Source: Halobacteriota archaeon
Lineage (GTDB): Archaea > Halobacteriota > Syntropharchaeia > DAOWMC01
Assembly: GCA_034190245.1 (NCBI GenBank)
Contig: JAXHTJ010000003.1
Coordinates: forward strand, 1 to 53,574
DNA length: 53,574 nt
Reading direction: 5' to 3'
Under the pieces are notes generated by a model. That model made no database searches, was not told where the DNA came from, and saw only the letters and a program-made list of their open reading frames with translations. A program made the position numbers and the translations under genes. Shown here piece after piece: positions 11,649-21,702 of this stretch (its first letter is position 1; the number at the start of each line of letters is the position of its first letter).

Positions 11649-12788
11649 CTAATACCCTCTCCCCACCAGAAAATCTGCAAGTTTTAGAAGGTCACTTCTC
11701 GCCTGTGAATCCGGGAAGATTCCAAGGCAATCTTTCGCCTTCTTCAAAAGATCATTTTCAAACTCTTTTGCATAATCGATGGCCCCACTCTTCCTCAGAA
11801 TCTCGATGGCTACCATCTTCTCTTCTTCTGTATTATTCCTTTTATCAAGGATCTCAAGAAGCAGCTCTCTGTCATATTCTCCTAACTCGCCTAACGCATG
11901 GACGGTGATGACGGTTCTTTTCCCCTCTTCTATGTCTCCACCGACCTCTTTTCCATATGCATCCTCACGAATGTCTATATTTAAGATATCGTCCTGCAGC
12001 TGGAATGCCAGGCTTATATACTCGCAGAACTTTCCAAGGTTATCGACCTCCTCATCTGTCGCACCGCCGATTATGGCAGAAGCTTTACATCCAGCGGCTA
12101 TTAATGATCCTGTCTTGAGTCTCAACGTCTTCAGGACTTCCTCTTCACTCAACTCATTTTTACTGAATATCTTCTCGTAAGAGTCTATGTCTCTACCCTG
12201 CCCCACACAGACATTAAGAACACCAAAAATTAATGTTTCAAAAGCCTTTATCGCCCTCTTCTCTTCAACACCTGAAGAATGTATGTCGTTGGCAGCAATT
12301 AAGGACAGGATCATCAGGGCATCTCCTGAATTGATCGCATGAGAAAGCCCATAAGGTTCTGAAAGATCATCTTTTTCTACCCCCATGCTCTTTAAGACAC
12401 TATCGGCCTCATCCGGGGACTTTGTTATGCTGTTGCAATATGGACAATGAGACATGTCAGATAGAGCATCTCCAAGCGGAGAAAGATGAATTGCAAGCTT
12501 GTTTCTACGCAGATCGCCCCTGTCTTCTATGTCATCGTGGATCAGGCTGAAGTTATGAAACATCTCGATAGAGGCAGCAACCGGTAATGCCTTCTCTATA
12601 TCGCCTCCCACAAGCTCACAGCTCAAGAGACACATGATCGGTCTGAATCTCTTTCCACCCCTCTCAAAAAAATCTACCAACGGAATCTTCAGTTGAGGAA
12701 ACTTACCTACCAGATCCAGGTATCCATAGATCTTCTCCTCAATCTCTTTCGCATATCTTTCCTGGAGCTTGGCAATGATGTTTTCCAT
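11649..12788 (-). CDS. idsA: Short-chain polyprenyl (geranylgeranyl) diphosphate synthase with internal insertion
   Basis: GGKRFRP, FARM HNFSLIHDDIED..RR, GQGRDI, KTG, SARM FQLQDDIL, DIEEGKRT. Confidence 0.9.
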   Translation of the reverse strand: MENIIAKLQERYAKEIEEKIYGYLDLVGKFPQLKIPLVDFFERGGKRFRPIMCLLSCELVGGDIEKALPVAASIEMFHNFSLIHDDIEDRGDLRRNKLAIHLSPLGDALSDMSHCPYCNSITKSPDEADSVLKSMGVEKDDLSEPYGLSHAINSGDALMILSLIAANDIHSSGVEEKRAIKAFETLIFGVLNVCVGQGRDIDSYEKIFSKNELSEEEVLKTLRLKTGSLIAAGCKASAIIGGATDEEVDNLGKFCEYISLAFQLQDDILNIDIREDAYGKEVGGDIEEGKRTVITVHALGELGEYDRELLLEILDKRNNTEEEKMVAIEILRKSGAIDYAKEFENDLLKKAKDCLGIFPDSQARSDLLKLADFLVGRGY

Positions 12789-12800
12789 ACACTTCTCCTC

Positions 12801-13892
12801 TTAATAACTTCTAACCTCATCTATCTTATCTCTGGCTATCTTCAGTACACGATCCTTAAGATCACTTACATCTTCTATATCTATTGTATCTCTGTCTTCA
12901 AATATCTCTCTTTTTATTCTCCTGCCTATCTCATCATCATATCCTTCTTTCAGCTGCACAATAATTGACCCTGGGGCGATATGTGTATCCGGGACAATTT
13001 TATCAATATCACCATCTGTTATCCCGATGATGGGAATTCCAAACCTGTACATCAGGTCTCCTGCAATATCGGTTGTGTCGTCGCCAATTGTGACAGCGAT
13101 ATCCGCACCCTTCGCTATCTCGAAAGTGCTTTCAGCACAATGATCTATAATCACAGCCTTCCCAGACTTCTCTTTTTCCAATACCCTCGGCCTTCTCTTC
13201 GTCCTTCTCAATATCCCCGTTTTTATGATTGCACTCTCCAAATCAACATCGCCGAGTTTCTCGATGCCATGCTCTTTTACCACTCCGCCATTAATCTCAC
13301 ATATTCTATTATTCTCAGAAACAATCTCCACATATTCGGAATTCGCCTTTCCTATCACAACACCGTTTATCAGGATGACTTCGTCGGGATAAACTCCGGA
13401 CAGCCTCCTGTATATCTTCCCATCACTTCTCTTTACGGATTCTTCTATCTTAGGCGGCGGAACAACCGAGATTCCAAGATCTTCAGCCATCTCCAGGGCA
13501 AGCTTCCTTGATCCTTCAGTCCACGGGAGAATGGTGCCATCGGTGTCCCCGGGTCTCTCTATCTGGACGAGAGGGATCTCAAGTCTTCCAACATGAAACA
13601 TCACAAGTCTGCCAAAAGCATGGCCTGTTTCTTTCGATTTCCCATAATTCAGCAGGTATAACTCATCTACTTCTTCAGACAGCTTCCTTACAGATTCACT
13701 CGGCCTTAGCCTCTCGGTAATGTCTATTCTATTCTCCAGTGAAGCATCTATGACCGCGGTCCTCCCCATCGTCCCACCAAGCTTTGCTTTGACATCGCCT
13801 TTGGTCTCTAACAGGTCAATTATCTCTTCTGCCCATCCGGAGTCAATTATCTCGGGCCCGTGAACCACCACACCGATCTTCTTCCTGTCCAT
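12801..13892 (-). CDS. DUF2117-family conserved archaeal protein
   Basis: IGVVVHGPEIIDSG, LGGTMGRTAVIDA, TIGDDTT, ITDGD; start MDRKK at 13892. Confidence 0.8.
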   Translation of the reverse strand: MDRKKIGVVVHGPEIIDSGWAEEIIDLLETKGDVKAKLGGTMGRTAVIDASLENRIDITERLRPSESVRKLSEEVDELYLLNYGKSKETGHAFGRLVMFHVGRLEIPLVQIERPGDTDGTILPWTEGSRKLALEMAEDLGISVVPPPKIEESVKRSDGKIYRRLSGVYPDEVILINGVVIGKANSEYVEIVSENNRICEINGGVVKEHGIEKLGDVDLESAIIKTGILRRTKRRPRVLEKEKSGKAVIIDHCAESTFEIAKGADIAVTIGDDTTDIAGDLMYRFGIPIIGITDGDIDKIVPDTHIAPGSIIVQLKEGYDDEIGRRIKREIFEDRDTIDIEDVSDLKDRVLKIARDKIDEVRSY

Positions 13893-14005
13893 CTTTACCC
13901 TTATTGAGTGGAAAAGAGTAAAATAGCTTTTGAAAAGTATTACAGAAATCTTTAGGTCTGAGATAACAGAAATAATTACCCTGAGATTGGGAGTGAGAAT
14001 TTTAT

Positions 14006-15004
14006 TTGAATGCAATAGAATCTGAAGGACTGATTAAGGTATACGATGGTATAGTAGCAGTCGACAGGGTTAGTATCAATGTTTCCGAGGGGGAACTCTT
14101 CGGTCTTCTCGGTCCAAACGGCGCAGGTAAAACGACTTTGATCAATCTGCTCTCCACCATGATCCCACCGACAGGAGGATCTGGAAGAGTGTGGGGACAT
14201 AATATAATACATGGCTCTTCCAGGGTGAGGAGTTCTATAGGTGTTGTTTTTCAGGATACATCCCTTGATGATCAGCTAACCGGAAGGGAGAATCTTGACC
14301 TGCATGGGAGATTGTATGGGATGAGCAGGAGCCTCAGAAGAGAGAAGGTGGAAGAGGTCCTGAAGTTGGTCGAACTCTCAGATAGGGCAAAAGACCTTGT
14401 AAAGACCTATTCTGGTGGAATGATGAGGCGTCTTGAGATAGCAAGGGGCCTTATGCACCATCCCAAAGTATTGTTTCTGGACGAGCCGACACTCGGACTC
14501 GATCCTCAGACCAGGGCCCATATATGGGAATATATAAAGAAGCTGAACGAAGAGGAAGGAATAACAATGATTTTGACAACCCATTACATGGATGAGGCTG
14601 ACAAGCTCTGTGATCGTATCGCTATAATGGATGGGGGTAAGATAATTATCACAGGAACACCTGAGAGCCTGAAATCGGGACTTGGTGGAGATATGATCTC
14701 CCTTGAGGGCGATGAAAAATCAAAAGATGGGATGGAAAAGCTCAAAACTGCCCTCATAGACATGGATTTTGTTAAAGAAATTGTGATTTCGGAAGATGGA
14801 TTACATCTGACAGTTAAAGATGGTAAACGCTCTATATTAACAATTTTAGAGGTTGCGTCACGGTTAAACGTACAGATAGAGGCTGTAGAGCTCAGAAGAC
14901 CCACGTTAGAGGATGTATTTTTACACCACACCGGAAAAGCGATAACCGAAGGATCAGTAGACCTTATGGACCATTTAAGATACAAAACACGTCGGAGGTC
15001 ATAA
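14006..15004 (+). CDS. ABC transporter ATP-binding subunit (DrrA family)
   Basis: GPNGAGKT, YSGGM, LFLDEPT, TTHY. Confidence 0.95.
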   Translation: MNAIESEGLIKVYDGIVAVDRVSINVSEGELFGLLGPNGAGKTTLINLLSTMIPPTGGSGRVWGHNIIHGSSRVRSSIGVVFQDTSLDDQLTGRENLDLHGRLYGMSRSLRREKVEEVLKLVELSDRAKDLVKTYSGGMMRRLEIARGLMHHPKVLFLDEPTLGLDPQTRAHIWEYIKKLNEEEGITMILTTHYMDEADKLCDRIAIMDGGKIIITGTPESLKSGLGGDMISLEGDEKSKDGMEKLKTALIDMDFVKEIVISEDGLHLTVKDGKRSILTILEVASRLNVQIEAVELRRPTLEDVFLHHTGKAITEGSVDLMDHLRYKTRRRS

Positions 15005-15005
15005 C

Positions 15006-15788
15006 TTGATTGAAAGTCTCAACAAGAGTATCTCGGCAATGTACACTCTCTGGCTTCGGGAGATGCTACATTTTATAAGGGCGAGGTCCAGAATAATCGG
15101 TACTATTGTGATGCCTCTGATGTTCCTTGGCATGCTGGGGCCGGGTTTTGGCATGTCGTTTCGGGCCAGCATGATGACAATAGATGCAGAATTTCTAACA
15201 CCGGGGATAATAGGTATGACCGTACTATTCACATCGCTTATCAGCGGAGTCTCCATTATATGGGACAGAGAGTTCGGATTCTTAAAGGAGATGCTGATAG
15301 CACCTGTGAATCGTTATTTCATCGTTCTCGGAAAAGCGATTGGGGGAGTTACAGCCGGAATGATTCAAGGTATTATGATAATGATCATCGCAGGAACTGT
15401 AATTGGGGTGAGTTACATCTCTTGGTTCAGGGTCATAATTGCCATTGGTGTCATGTTCCTGATCGGTCTTGGATTTATCGGCCTTGGGATTGCTCTTGCA
15501 TCCAGGATAGAGAGCCACGAAGGTTTTGAGCTGGTGATGACATTTATAATGTTCCCGATCATGATTCTCAGCGGGGCATTCTTCCCGATCGAAGGGTTGA
15601 TGGAGTGGTCGGAATGGTTGGATCTGTTTGCCCGGTTGGATCCGCTAACATACGGAATTGACGCACTAAGAGGTCTCTTATTGGGGACGAATGTCTTTTC
15701 CCTGACTCTGGACATACTTGTTACCCTCACCTTCGCAATTGCTGCGATAGGCATAGGAGCTATACTGTTTGATAGAGCTATAGTGTGA
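15006..15788 (+). CDS. ABC-2 permease (DrrB family)
   Basis: WDREFGFLKEMLIAP, SGAFFPI, PLTYGIDALR; directly follows ATPase. Confidence 0.93.
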   Translation: MIESLNKSISAMYTLWLREMLHFIRARSRIIGTIVMPLMFLGMLGPGFGMSFRASMMTIDAEFLTPGIIGMTVLFTSLISGVSIIWDREFGFLKEMLIAPVNRYFIVLGKAIGGVTAGMIQGIMIMIIAGTVIGVSYISWFRVIIAIGVMFLIGLGFIGLGIALASRIESHEGFELVMTFIMFPIMILSGAFFPIEGLMEWSEWLDLFARLDPLTYGIDALRGLLLGTNVFSLTLDILVTLTFAIAAIGIGAILFDRAIV

Positions 15789-15826
15789 TACAAGTGTAAT
15801 AAAATATGAAAAAAGAAAAGAGGGGT

Positions 15827-16033
15827 TCAACCCACTCTTCTAGCCGCTTCATCAATATCGACGGCTTTTATTGTTTTTCTACCGGCATGCTTTGCCCATT
15901 TTACTGCTTCTGCCGATATCTTTTCGCCGTATTCTTCCAATATTTCTGCCAATGCCGCTTTAGCATCTTCGCTTACTCTATCAGCTCCGGCATTTCTTAT
16001 AACCCTATCAACCGATGCAAGTGGAAGTTCCAT
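15827..16033 (-). CDS. Archaeal histone (HMf family)
   Basis: [23 protein letters not shown]...[12 protein letters not shown] histone fold. Confidence 0.97.
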   Translation of the reverse strand: MELPLASVDRVIRNAGADRVSEDAKAALAEILEEYGEKISAEAVKWAKHAGRKTIKAVDIDEAARRVG

Positions 16034-16039
16034 TCGGTC

Positions 16040-16047
16040 TCACCTCC
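16040..16047 (-). promoter_or_regulatory. Strong Shine-Dalgarno site (GGAGGTGA) of histone gene
   Basis: Full SD consensus 6 nt upstream of ATG 16033; AT-rich promoter region 16050-16200 beyond it. Confidence 0.8.
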
Positions 16048-16255
16048 TTTAATATATCTATAATGAAACTTACAAGAGTTCAATCTTGCAGTATTATTTA
16101 ATTTGAAAAGCTGTATATATATCTTTCTATTATCAGGATATTCTATGGCCTTTATATTACAATATATATGATTAAACTGAAATTATTTTTAAAAAATTGT
16201 AAAAATAGGTGAGTTTGGATGGATCGAAATGCCCTCAACTGTAAAAAATACGGCC

Positions 16256-16801
16256 TTACTTCTTCGCCAGATTGTAGTAATACCTCAACTTGCAACTGTA
16301 CTCGATTGCACTTGTTATCACATAGGCATCTTCGATGTTCTTTCCGATGGCAAAAGTACCATGCCCCCTAACAATGACGCCTTTATTCTTCGTTAATTTT
16401 GAACTTACGTCCTCTGCCAGTTCTGTTGATCCAGTCCCGCACTTAAGGATCGGGATTGAGTGGAGAAAATAGTCCCCCTCGACATCCATCGGCTCAATGG
16501 GCCCTTCCTCAAGGAATGATAGTATCACTGCAAAGGGGCAGTGTGCGTGTATTACGGCAAGAGCAGAAGTATTTTTATAGATGCTTCGGTGGACTATTGT
16601 TTCACTTGATGCTATAAGATCGAAGCTCGACGGATCGAAGCCTACTTCAACAATACTTGCCTCAGTCAACTCATCGAGCATGCTCCCACTCCTTGTTATC
16701 AGTATATTGTCTCCTATACGGATGCTCATATTTCCTGAGTGCGAGCTGACCATTCCACCTTCAACCAGCTTCTTCCCGAATCTTCTAAGTTCTTCGTACA
16801 T
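16256..16801 (-). CDS. Class II aldolase/adducin family protein (FucA-like)
   Basis: SGNMS, ASSETIVH, HAH, VRGHG Zn ligands. Confidence 0.9.
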   Translation of the reverse strand: MYEELRRFGKKLVEGGMVSSHSGNMSIRIGDNILITRSGSMLDELTEASIVEVGFDPSSFDLIASSETIVHRSIYKNTSALAVIHAHCPFAVILSFLEEGPIEPMDVEGDYFLHSIPILKCGTGSTELAEDVSSKLTKNKGVIVRGHGTFAIGKNIEDAYVITSAIEYSCKLRYYYNLAKK

Positions 16802-16828
16802 ACGATCACCACTTGTATATTACTTCAC

Positions 16829-18562
16829 CTATCTCAAAGATATTTTACACTCACCAAGTCTCAATTCATTCATCTTATCTCTTCCTGGCACACCATCCTC
16901 GTCCCAGCCTCTGAACCTGTAATACTCCTCTAGTGAGCGATCGAATTCTCTTTTATCTATGCCGCCCTTCCCAAAGAATCTATCCGGCAAAGTATCATCA
17001 TCTCTTGAAAATCCTTCTTTCAGGTTGAAGATTTTTTCGACGTTCCAAATCCTTTCGCCAACCTTCATTAAATCTTCAGAAGTGAAGTTTACACCCGTGA
17101 TCGCACTCAACATTCCTGCATATTCCTCCCCGGATAGTGCGAAGGAGGAGAACTTACACATCACGAGTGAGTCGACGGCAGCGAGAATATTCTGAAATAT
17201 CTGCACCAGTCCCGCTTTCCCATCAAAACTGAGTCTGTCCACGAGATTTGGCACCCCCAATATTTCCGGTGCAACCATGTAGGCCCTGAGGTGGCATCCA
17301 CCCCGATTCGAGGTTGCGTAAGAGAGAGCCATACCCAATGCCCCCCTCGGATCGTAACCGGGTAGCTCAAGTCCCTTCACATGCATACTTGCAGAAGGAT
17401 CTTCCTTCTCCCGGGAGTGCTCAAGTGATCCTCGCCCCAGAAAACCTCTATTTCCTCTGGAATCTCCAATATCTTCAATAATCCCTGTAAAATCCTCAAT
17501 ATCGCAATCAGTCAGTTCTTTATAGCAGGCGATTGTAGAGCCACAGGAGATTGTGTCCAGACCGTAGTCATTGCAGAGCCGGTTCGCCTCAAATATTAGG
17601 TCTAAATCGGAGTTTTCGCAATCTGGGCCAAATGCCCAGAGAGTTTCATATTCTGGCACTTCAAGGCCATCTTTGGTCTTTCTCTTGCATGCGATAAAGC
17701 AGTTGTAGCAGGATCTTCTCGTAAGTTCATAATTCTTGTTTATATACTCTCCTGATACCTCTTCTGAGAATTCAAACCTGCTCTTTCTAAAGTTCTCCGT
17801 CGGCATGATATTCATATAATTTATCAGATTGACAAGAACCGGAGTTCCATAGGAAACAAGGCCTTTGGAGGTGACGGCATTGACCTTCAAGAGTCGCATG
17901 GCTTCTTCTCGTGATCTAGTGAATAATTCTCTCTCTTTTATTTCTGGCTTACTCTTACTTGATCCCTTTATAACAACTGCCTTCAGGTTTTTAGAGCCCA
18001 TAACCGCTCCAAGCCCACCTCTCCCGCACGCATGAACGTAGTCGCTCATGATATTTGCAATCGGAACCTGTCTCTCTCCGGCACGTCCTATACAGGCAAC
18101 CCTTCCACCATCTTCTGAGAGGATATTCGTCGTATCTTTCGTGTTTTTACCCCATATCTCGGTGGCATCCTTGATCCCTATCCCCTCTTCTGATATGTCC
18201 AGGTAAACCGGTTCATCCGATCTATTCAAAAAAACAAGTGCATCATAACCTGTCCGTTTCAGAGCAACCCCGAAGAACCCACCGGCACTGCAATCGAAGA
18301 TCGTCCCTGTAAGTGGTGATTTGGAGATTACGGCATGCCTACCGGACATCGGTGCCACACCCGTAATTGGCCCGACCGAGAAGATCAGTATGTTATCCTC
18401 GCTCAGAGGATCTGTCTTCGCTTCCAAGTTGTCAGATAGTAACTTGACTCCAAGGCCCCTGCCACCCAAATATGATTTCGCAAGCTCAAAGTTAAGTGGA
18501 ATCTCTTTTATCCTCCTATCAATCAGATCGACGACTGATATCTTCTCATTCCATCCATACAT
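16829..18562 (-). CDS. Tungsten/molybdenum aldehyde:ferredoxin oxidoreductase family protein
   Basis: YLGGRGLG, GRGGLGAVMGSKNLKA, CYNCFIAC, EYET, GLDTIS, YDPRG, NRGGCH. Confidence 0.93.
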   Translation of the reverse strand: MYGWNEKISVVDLIDRRIKEIPLNFELAKSYLGGRGLGVKLLSDNLEAKTDPLSEDNILIFSVGPITGVAPMSGRHAVISKSPLTGTIFDCSAGGFFGVALKRTGYDALVFLNRSDEPVYLDISEEGIGIKDATEIWGKNTKDTTNILSEDGGRVACIGRAGERQVPIANIMSDYVHACGRGGLGAVMGSKNLKAVVIKGSSKSKPEIKERELFTRSREEAMRLLKVNAVTSKGLVSYGTPVLVNLINYMNIMPTENFRKSRFEFSEEVSGEYINKNYELTRRSCYNCFIACKRKTKDGLEVPEYETLWAFGPDCENSDLDLIFEANRLCNDYGLDTISCGSTIACYKELTDCDIEDFTGIIEDIGDSRGNRGFLGRGSLEHSREKEDPSASMHVKGLELPGYDPRGALGMALSYATSNRGGCHLRAYMVAPEILGVPNLVDRLSFDGKAGLVQIFQNILAAVDSLVMCKFSSFALSGEEYAGMLSAITGVNFTSEDLMKVGERIWNVEKIFNLKEGFSRDDDTLPDRFFGKGGIDKREFDRSLEEYYRFRGWDEDGVPGRDKMNELRLGECKISLR

Positions 18563-18672
18563 TTTAAGTAATAATCATCAAATGTAGCAGTATAAATAAT
18601 CACCGAACAAGACCATAAGAAAAGGTTTAACACTTAAGAGATGAATCAATTTAGAGGATGAGATGACACAAA

Positions 18673-19578
18673 ATGACACAAAATATGAAAGATGTCTGTA
18701 TATTGATTCCGACCCTCAACGAAGAACGATCGATAGGGGAAGTAATCGAAGGATTTAAAAAGCTGGGCTTTGACAAAGTGCTTGTAATTGACGGTAATAG
18801 TAGTGATAAAACCAGAGAAATTGCAGAAGACGCAGGTGCTACCGTCGTAATTCAAAAGGGTAAAGGGAAAGGATTGGCAGTCCAGCAAGCATTTGGGATG
18901 ATAGAGGACGATATTGTTGTGATGATAGATGGTGATGGTACTTATCTACCATCCGAAGTGAATAGTTTACTCGAGCCAATATTGCGTGAAGAGGCAGATC
19001 ACGTAATCGGAAACAGGTTTTCAAATTATAGCAAAGGAGCATTCACAAGGTTGAATCTGCTCGGAAATAAGCTACTGAATTGGCTATTCAGTTTTGCTTA
19101 TGGCCTCCATCTGGATGATATCCTCTCAGGATATAGGGCACTTACAAAGGAAGGTATAGAGGAGTTGGAGTTGAACAAAGCCGGTTTTGAGATTGAAGCA
19201 GAAATGGCGATCGAGAGTGTTAAGAAGGAGGTGAGAATCTCAGAAGTCCCCATCACATATGAGCCAAGGATCAAAAGTGCCACAAAACTCAATCCAGTAC
19301 GTGATGGTGTCAGGATAGGTTATACGTTGTACGGGCTTGTGAAGACGCATAATCCTATGTTCTATTTTGGGTTGATTGGTGCATGTTTTATATTTTTAGG
19401 TTTGATAGGTGGTTTTTTTGTAACATTGGACTGGTTTAGGCAGATAGAACGCATTCCATTAACGGTGCTAACAGCTTTATTAATCATCACGGGTGTCCAG
19501 ATATTTGTCTTTGGTCAATTGGGCAATCTTCTCGTTGCTCTACAAAAAGAGATGATACGAGAGTTGAAGAAGAGGTGA
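18673..19578 (+). CDS. aglJ: AglJ-like GT2 glycosyltransferase (S-layer N-glycosylation)
   Basis: [35 protein letters not shown], two C-terminal TM helices. Confidence 0.8.
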   Translation: MTQNMKDVCILIPTLNEERSIGEVIEGFKKLGFDKVLVIDGNSSDKTREIAEDAGATVVIQKGKGKGLAVQQAFGMIEDDIVVMIDGDGTYLPSEVNSLLEPILREEADHVIGNRFSNYSKGAFTRLNLLGNKLLNWLFSFAYGLHLDDILSGYRALTKEGIEELELNKAGFEIEAEMAIESVKKEVRISEVPITYEPRIKSATKLNPVRDGVRIGYTLYGLVKTHNPMFYFGLIGACFIFLGLIGGFFVTLDWFRQIERIPLTVLTALLIITGVQIFVFGQLGNLLVALQKEMIRELKKR

Positions 19579-19946
19579 TGAAGTTGATCGATATGATGGA
19601 TGTAAAATATAAAGATGGACTGGTGCCCGCGATTGCCCAGGACTTTGAGACTGGTGAAATCTTGATGCTTGCTTATATGAATGAAGAGGCCCTGATAAAG
19701 ACTGTCGAGACCGGGGTAGCGCACTATTGGAGCAGGAGCAGAAGCAAGATCTGGAGAAAAGGTGAGACGTCCGGAAATGAGCAGAGTGTTAAAGATATTC
19801 TGGTGGATTGTGATGAAGATGCAGTTCTATTGAAGGTCAAGCAGATCGGTGGAGCCTGCCACACGGGATATAGGTCTTGTTTTTACAGAAGACTTGATGG
19901 AGAGATTGTAGGGGAAAAGTTATTTGATCCAGAAGATGTGTATTGA
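19575..19946 (+). CDS. hisI: Phosphoribosyl-AMP cyclohydrolase
   Basis: [28 protein letters not shown]. Confidence 0.97.
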   Translation: MMKLIDMMDVKYKDGLVPAIAQDFETGEILMLAYMNEEALIKTVETGVAHYWSRSRSKIWRKGETSGNEQSVKDILVDCDEDAVLLKVKQIGGACHTGYRSCFYRRLDGEIVGEKLFDPEDVY

Positions 19947-19963
19947 AGAATGAAAAAAAATGC

Positions 19964-20036
19964 AGCCCGGTGGTGTAGTGGTCAATCATGCGAGGCCCTG
20001 GACCTCGCAACCGCGGTTCGAATCCGTGCCGGGCTA
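19964..20036 (+). tRNA. tRNA-Gln (anticodon CTG)
   Basis: Acceptor AGCCCGG/CCGGGCT with archaeal Gln A1-U72, anticodon stem CGAGG/CCTCG, loop CCCTGGA, T-loop TTCGAAT; no encoded CCA. Confidence 0.93.
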
Positions 20037-20090
20037 TTGAGGAGGGGCCTTGCACCCTTCCAAAAATTAAAAAAAAGAGAGTTACCGACT

Positions 20091-20131
20091 TCACAAAACG
20101 AAATAGACTTCAGGCAATAATTAAGGCTCTC
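20091..20131. repeat. att-like repeat copy 1 (diverged copy of the 3' end of the MBL gene at 23343-23384)
   Basis: tcacaaaacgaaatagacttcaggcaataattaaggctctc vs tcacacaacagaaatagacctcaagcaataattaagactctc. Confidence 0.85.
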
Positions 20132-20292
20132 TTCTTACCTGTTTATTCCAATATAATTGTGAATTTTTTTATGATAGACTCTATACACTGAGATGACCTC
20201 TGTTATAGATCGCTGGTTTAATATATGATAACAACGATAGTATGAAGCTACAGTTAAAAATGGTTAGAATCGAAAAAAGAGAGGTGAATAGT
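20132..20292 (+). promoter_or_regulatory. Duplicated upstream/promoter region of NosD-PEF gene 1 (homologous to 21537-21702)
   Basis: Aligns along its length with 21537-21702, including AT-rich TATA-like segment and SD GAGGTGA. Confidence 0.7.
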
Positions 20293-21402
20293 ATGGGATT
20301 TAGTAAGCTTATGGCAATTAGTTTTGTATCGTTGTTTATTCTGTCGATGCTTGTTGGGGTTGTGCCAGTGGCGGCCGTAACAACGACTTATGTGCCGGAT
20401 GATTATGCAAAGATTCAGTGGGCTGTGAATAATGCCTCAGAGTACGACACAATAATTGTAAGAGATGGAAGTTACACTGAAAATGTAGATGTTAACGTGG
20501 CTCATTTGAGTATACTATCTGAGAATGGATCTGCTTCAACCACAGTTCAGGCTGCAAATTCAGGTGATCATGTCTTTTATGTTAATTCAGATTTTGTGAA
20601 TATCTCAGGATTCACAGCGTCCGGGGCGACCAATGCGATCGGAATCTACCTTGACTCTGTAGATCATTGCAACATCTTGGATAATAATGTATTGAACAAC
20701 AACTACGGCATCTACCTGTCTTCTTCAAGCGACAACACACTTACGGGCAACACCGCAAACTCGAACGGCATCTACGGCATCTACCTGTTTTATTCGGACA
20801 GCAACACACTCACGGACAACACTGCAAACTTGAACGACGGATGTGGCATCATGCTTTTTTCTTCAAGCGACAACACACTTACGGGCAACACCGCAAACTT
20901 GAACAATTTTTACGGCATCCACCTGGTTTATTCAAGCGACAACACACTTACGGGAAACACCGCAACTGACAACGACTACGGCATCTACCTGTATGTTTCG
21001 AGCAGCAACACAATATACAACAACTACTTCAGCAACACAAACAACGCCTACGATGACGGAACAAACATCTGGAACACCACGAAAACAGCAGGAACAAACA
21101 TCATTGGTGGACCATTCTTTGGTGGAAATTACTGGCCCGATTATGCTGGCGTTGATATTGACGCAGATGGTCTGGGGGATACATTGCTCCCATATAATTC
21201 CGGTGGGGATATAATAAATGGTGGGGATTTTCACCCATTGGTAGAGGTTTTAACACCCACACCAACACCCACACCAACACCGACGCCAACGCCGACAATT
21301 CCGCCAGATGAAGAGATACCGGAATTCCCAACAATAGCAATCCCCGCAGCAATGATACTTGGCCTTGTCTTCATCATGCAGAGAAGAAGAAAGAACGAGT
21401 GA
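20293..21402 (+). CDS. NosD/right-handed beta-helix surface protein with PEF-CTERM sorting signal (paralog 1)
   Basis: Signal peptide, VPDDYAKIQWAVNNA, repeated GIYL..SS.NTLTGN, GGNYW.DY, (TP)7 linker, IPEFPT + TM + RRRK. Confidence 0.92.
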   Translation: MGFSKLMAISFVSLFILSMLVGVVPVAAVTTTYVPDDYAKIQWAVNNASEYDTIIVRDGSYTENVDVNVAHLSILSENGSASTTVQAANSGDHVFYVNSDFVNISGFTASGATNAIGIYLDSVDHCNILDNNVLNNNYGIYLSSSSDNTLTGNTANSNGIYGIYLFYSDSNTLTDNTANLNDGCGIMLFSSSDNTLTGNTANLNNFYGIHLVYSSDNTLTGNTATDNDYGIYLYVSSSNTIYNNYFSNTNNAYDDGTNIWNTTKTAGTNIIGGPFFGGNYWPDYAGVDIDADGLGDTLLPYNSGGDIINGGDFHPLVEVLTPTPTPTPTPTPTPTIPPDEEIPEFPTIAIPAAMILGLVFIMQRRRKNE

Positions 21403-21413
21403 AAAGTTATGCT

Positions 21414-21452
21414 GGAAGATAGAGATTCTATCTTCCGTATCTATCTTTTTTT
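21414..21452 (+). terminator. Hairpin + T-tract terminator after NosD-PEF gene 1
   Basis: GGAAGATAGA-gat-TCTATCTTCC inverted repeat followed by T7. Confidence 0.65.
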
Positions 21453-21494
21453 AAAAAATACACCAGAATAACGACTGACGCCGACACAGCATAA

Positions 21495-21536
21495 TCACAC
21501 AACAGAAATAGACCTCAAGCAATAATTAAGGCTCTC
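21495..21536. repeat. att-like repeat copy 2
   Basis: 41/42 identical to 23343-23384; reverse strand reads ESLNYCLRSISVV*. Confidence 0.92.
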
Positions 21537-21702
21537 TTCTTACCTGTTTATTCCAATATAATTGTGAATTTTATTTTATGATAGACTCTATATACTGAGA
21601 TGATATGTCTGTTATATATCGATGATTTTATATATTATAACAACAGAAAGTTAATTCAACATAATTAAATCAGTTAGAATCGTAAAAAGAGAGGTGAGTA
21701 GC

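Larger units (their letters stand above)
21235..21536. repeat. Near-identical direct repeat of 23107-23384 (PEF-CTERM tail + terminator + att-like core)
   Basis: About 4 substitutions plus a 24-bp difference in TP-repeat number by manual alignment. Confidence 0.93.

Noticed and set aside
18663-18684. Tandem 10-bp duplication ATGACACAAA at the aglJ start
   Set aside because: Simple local duplication that only makes the start ambiguous; no sign of function.
19837-20191. ORFs 19837-20094 (-) and 19988-20191 (+); likewise 42648-42851 (+)
   Set aside because: They overlap tRNA genes and have no protein motifs.
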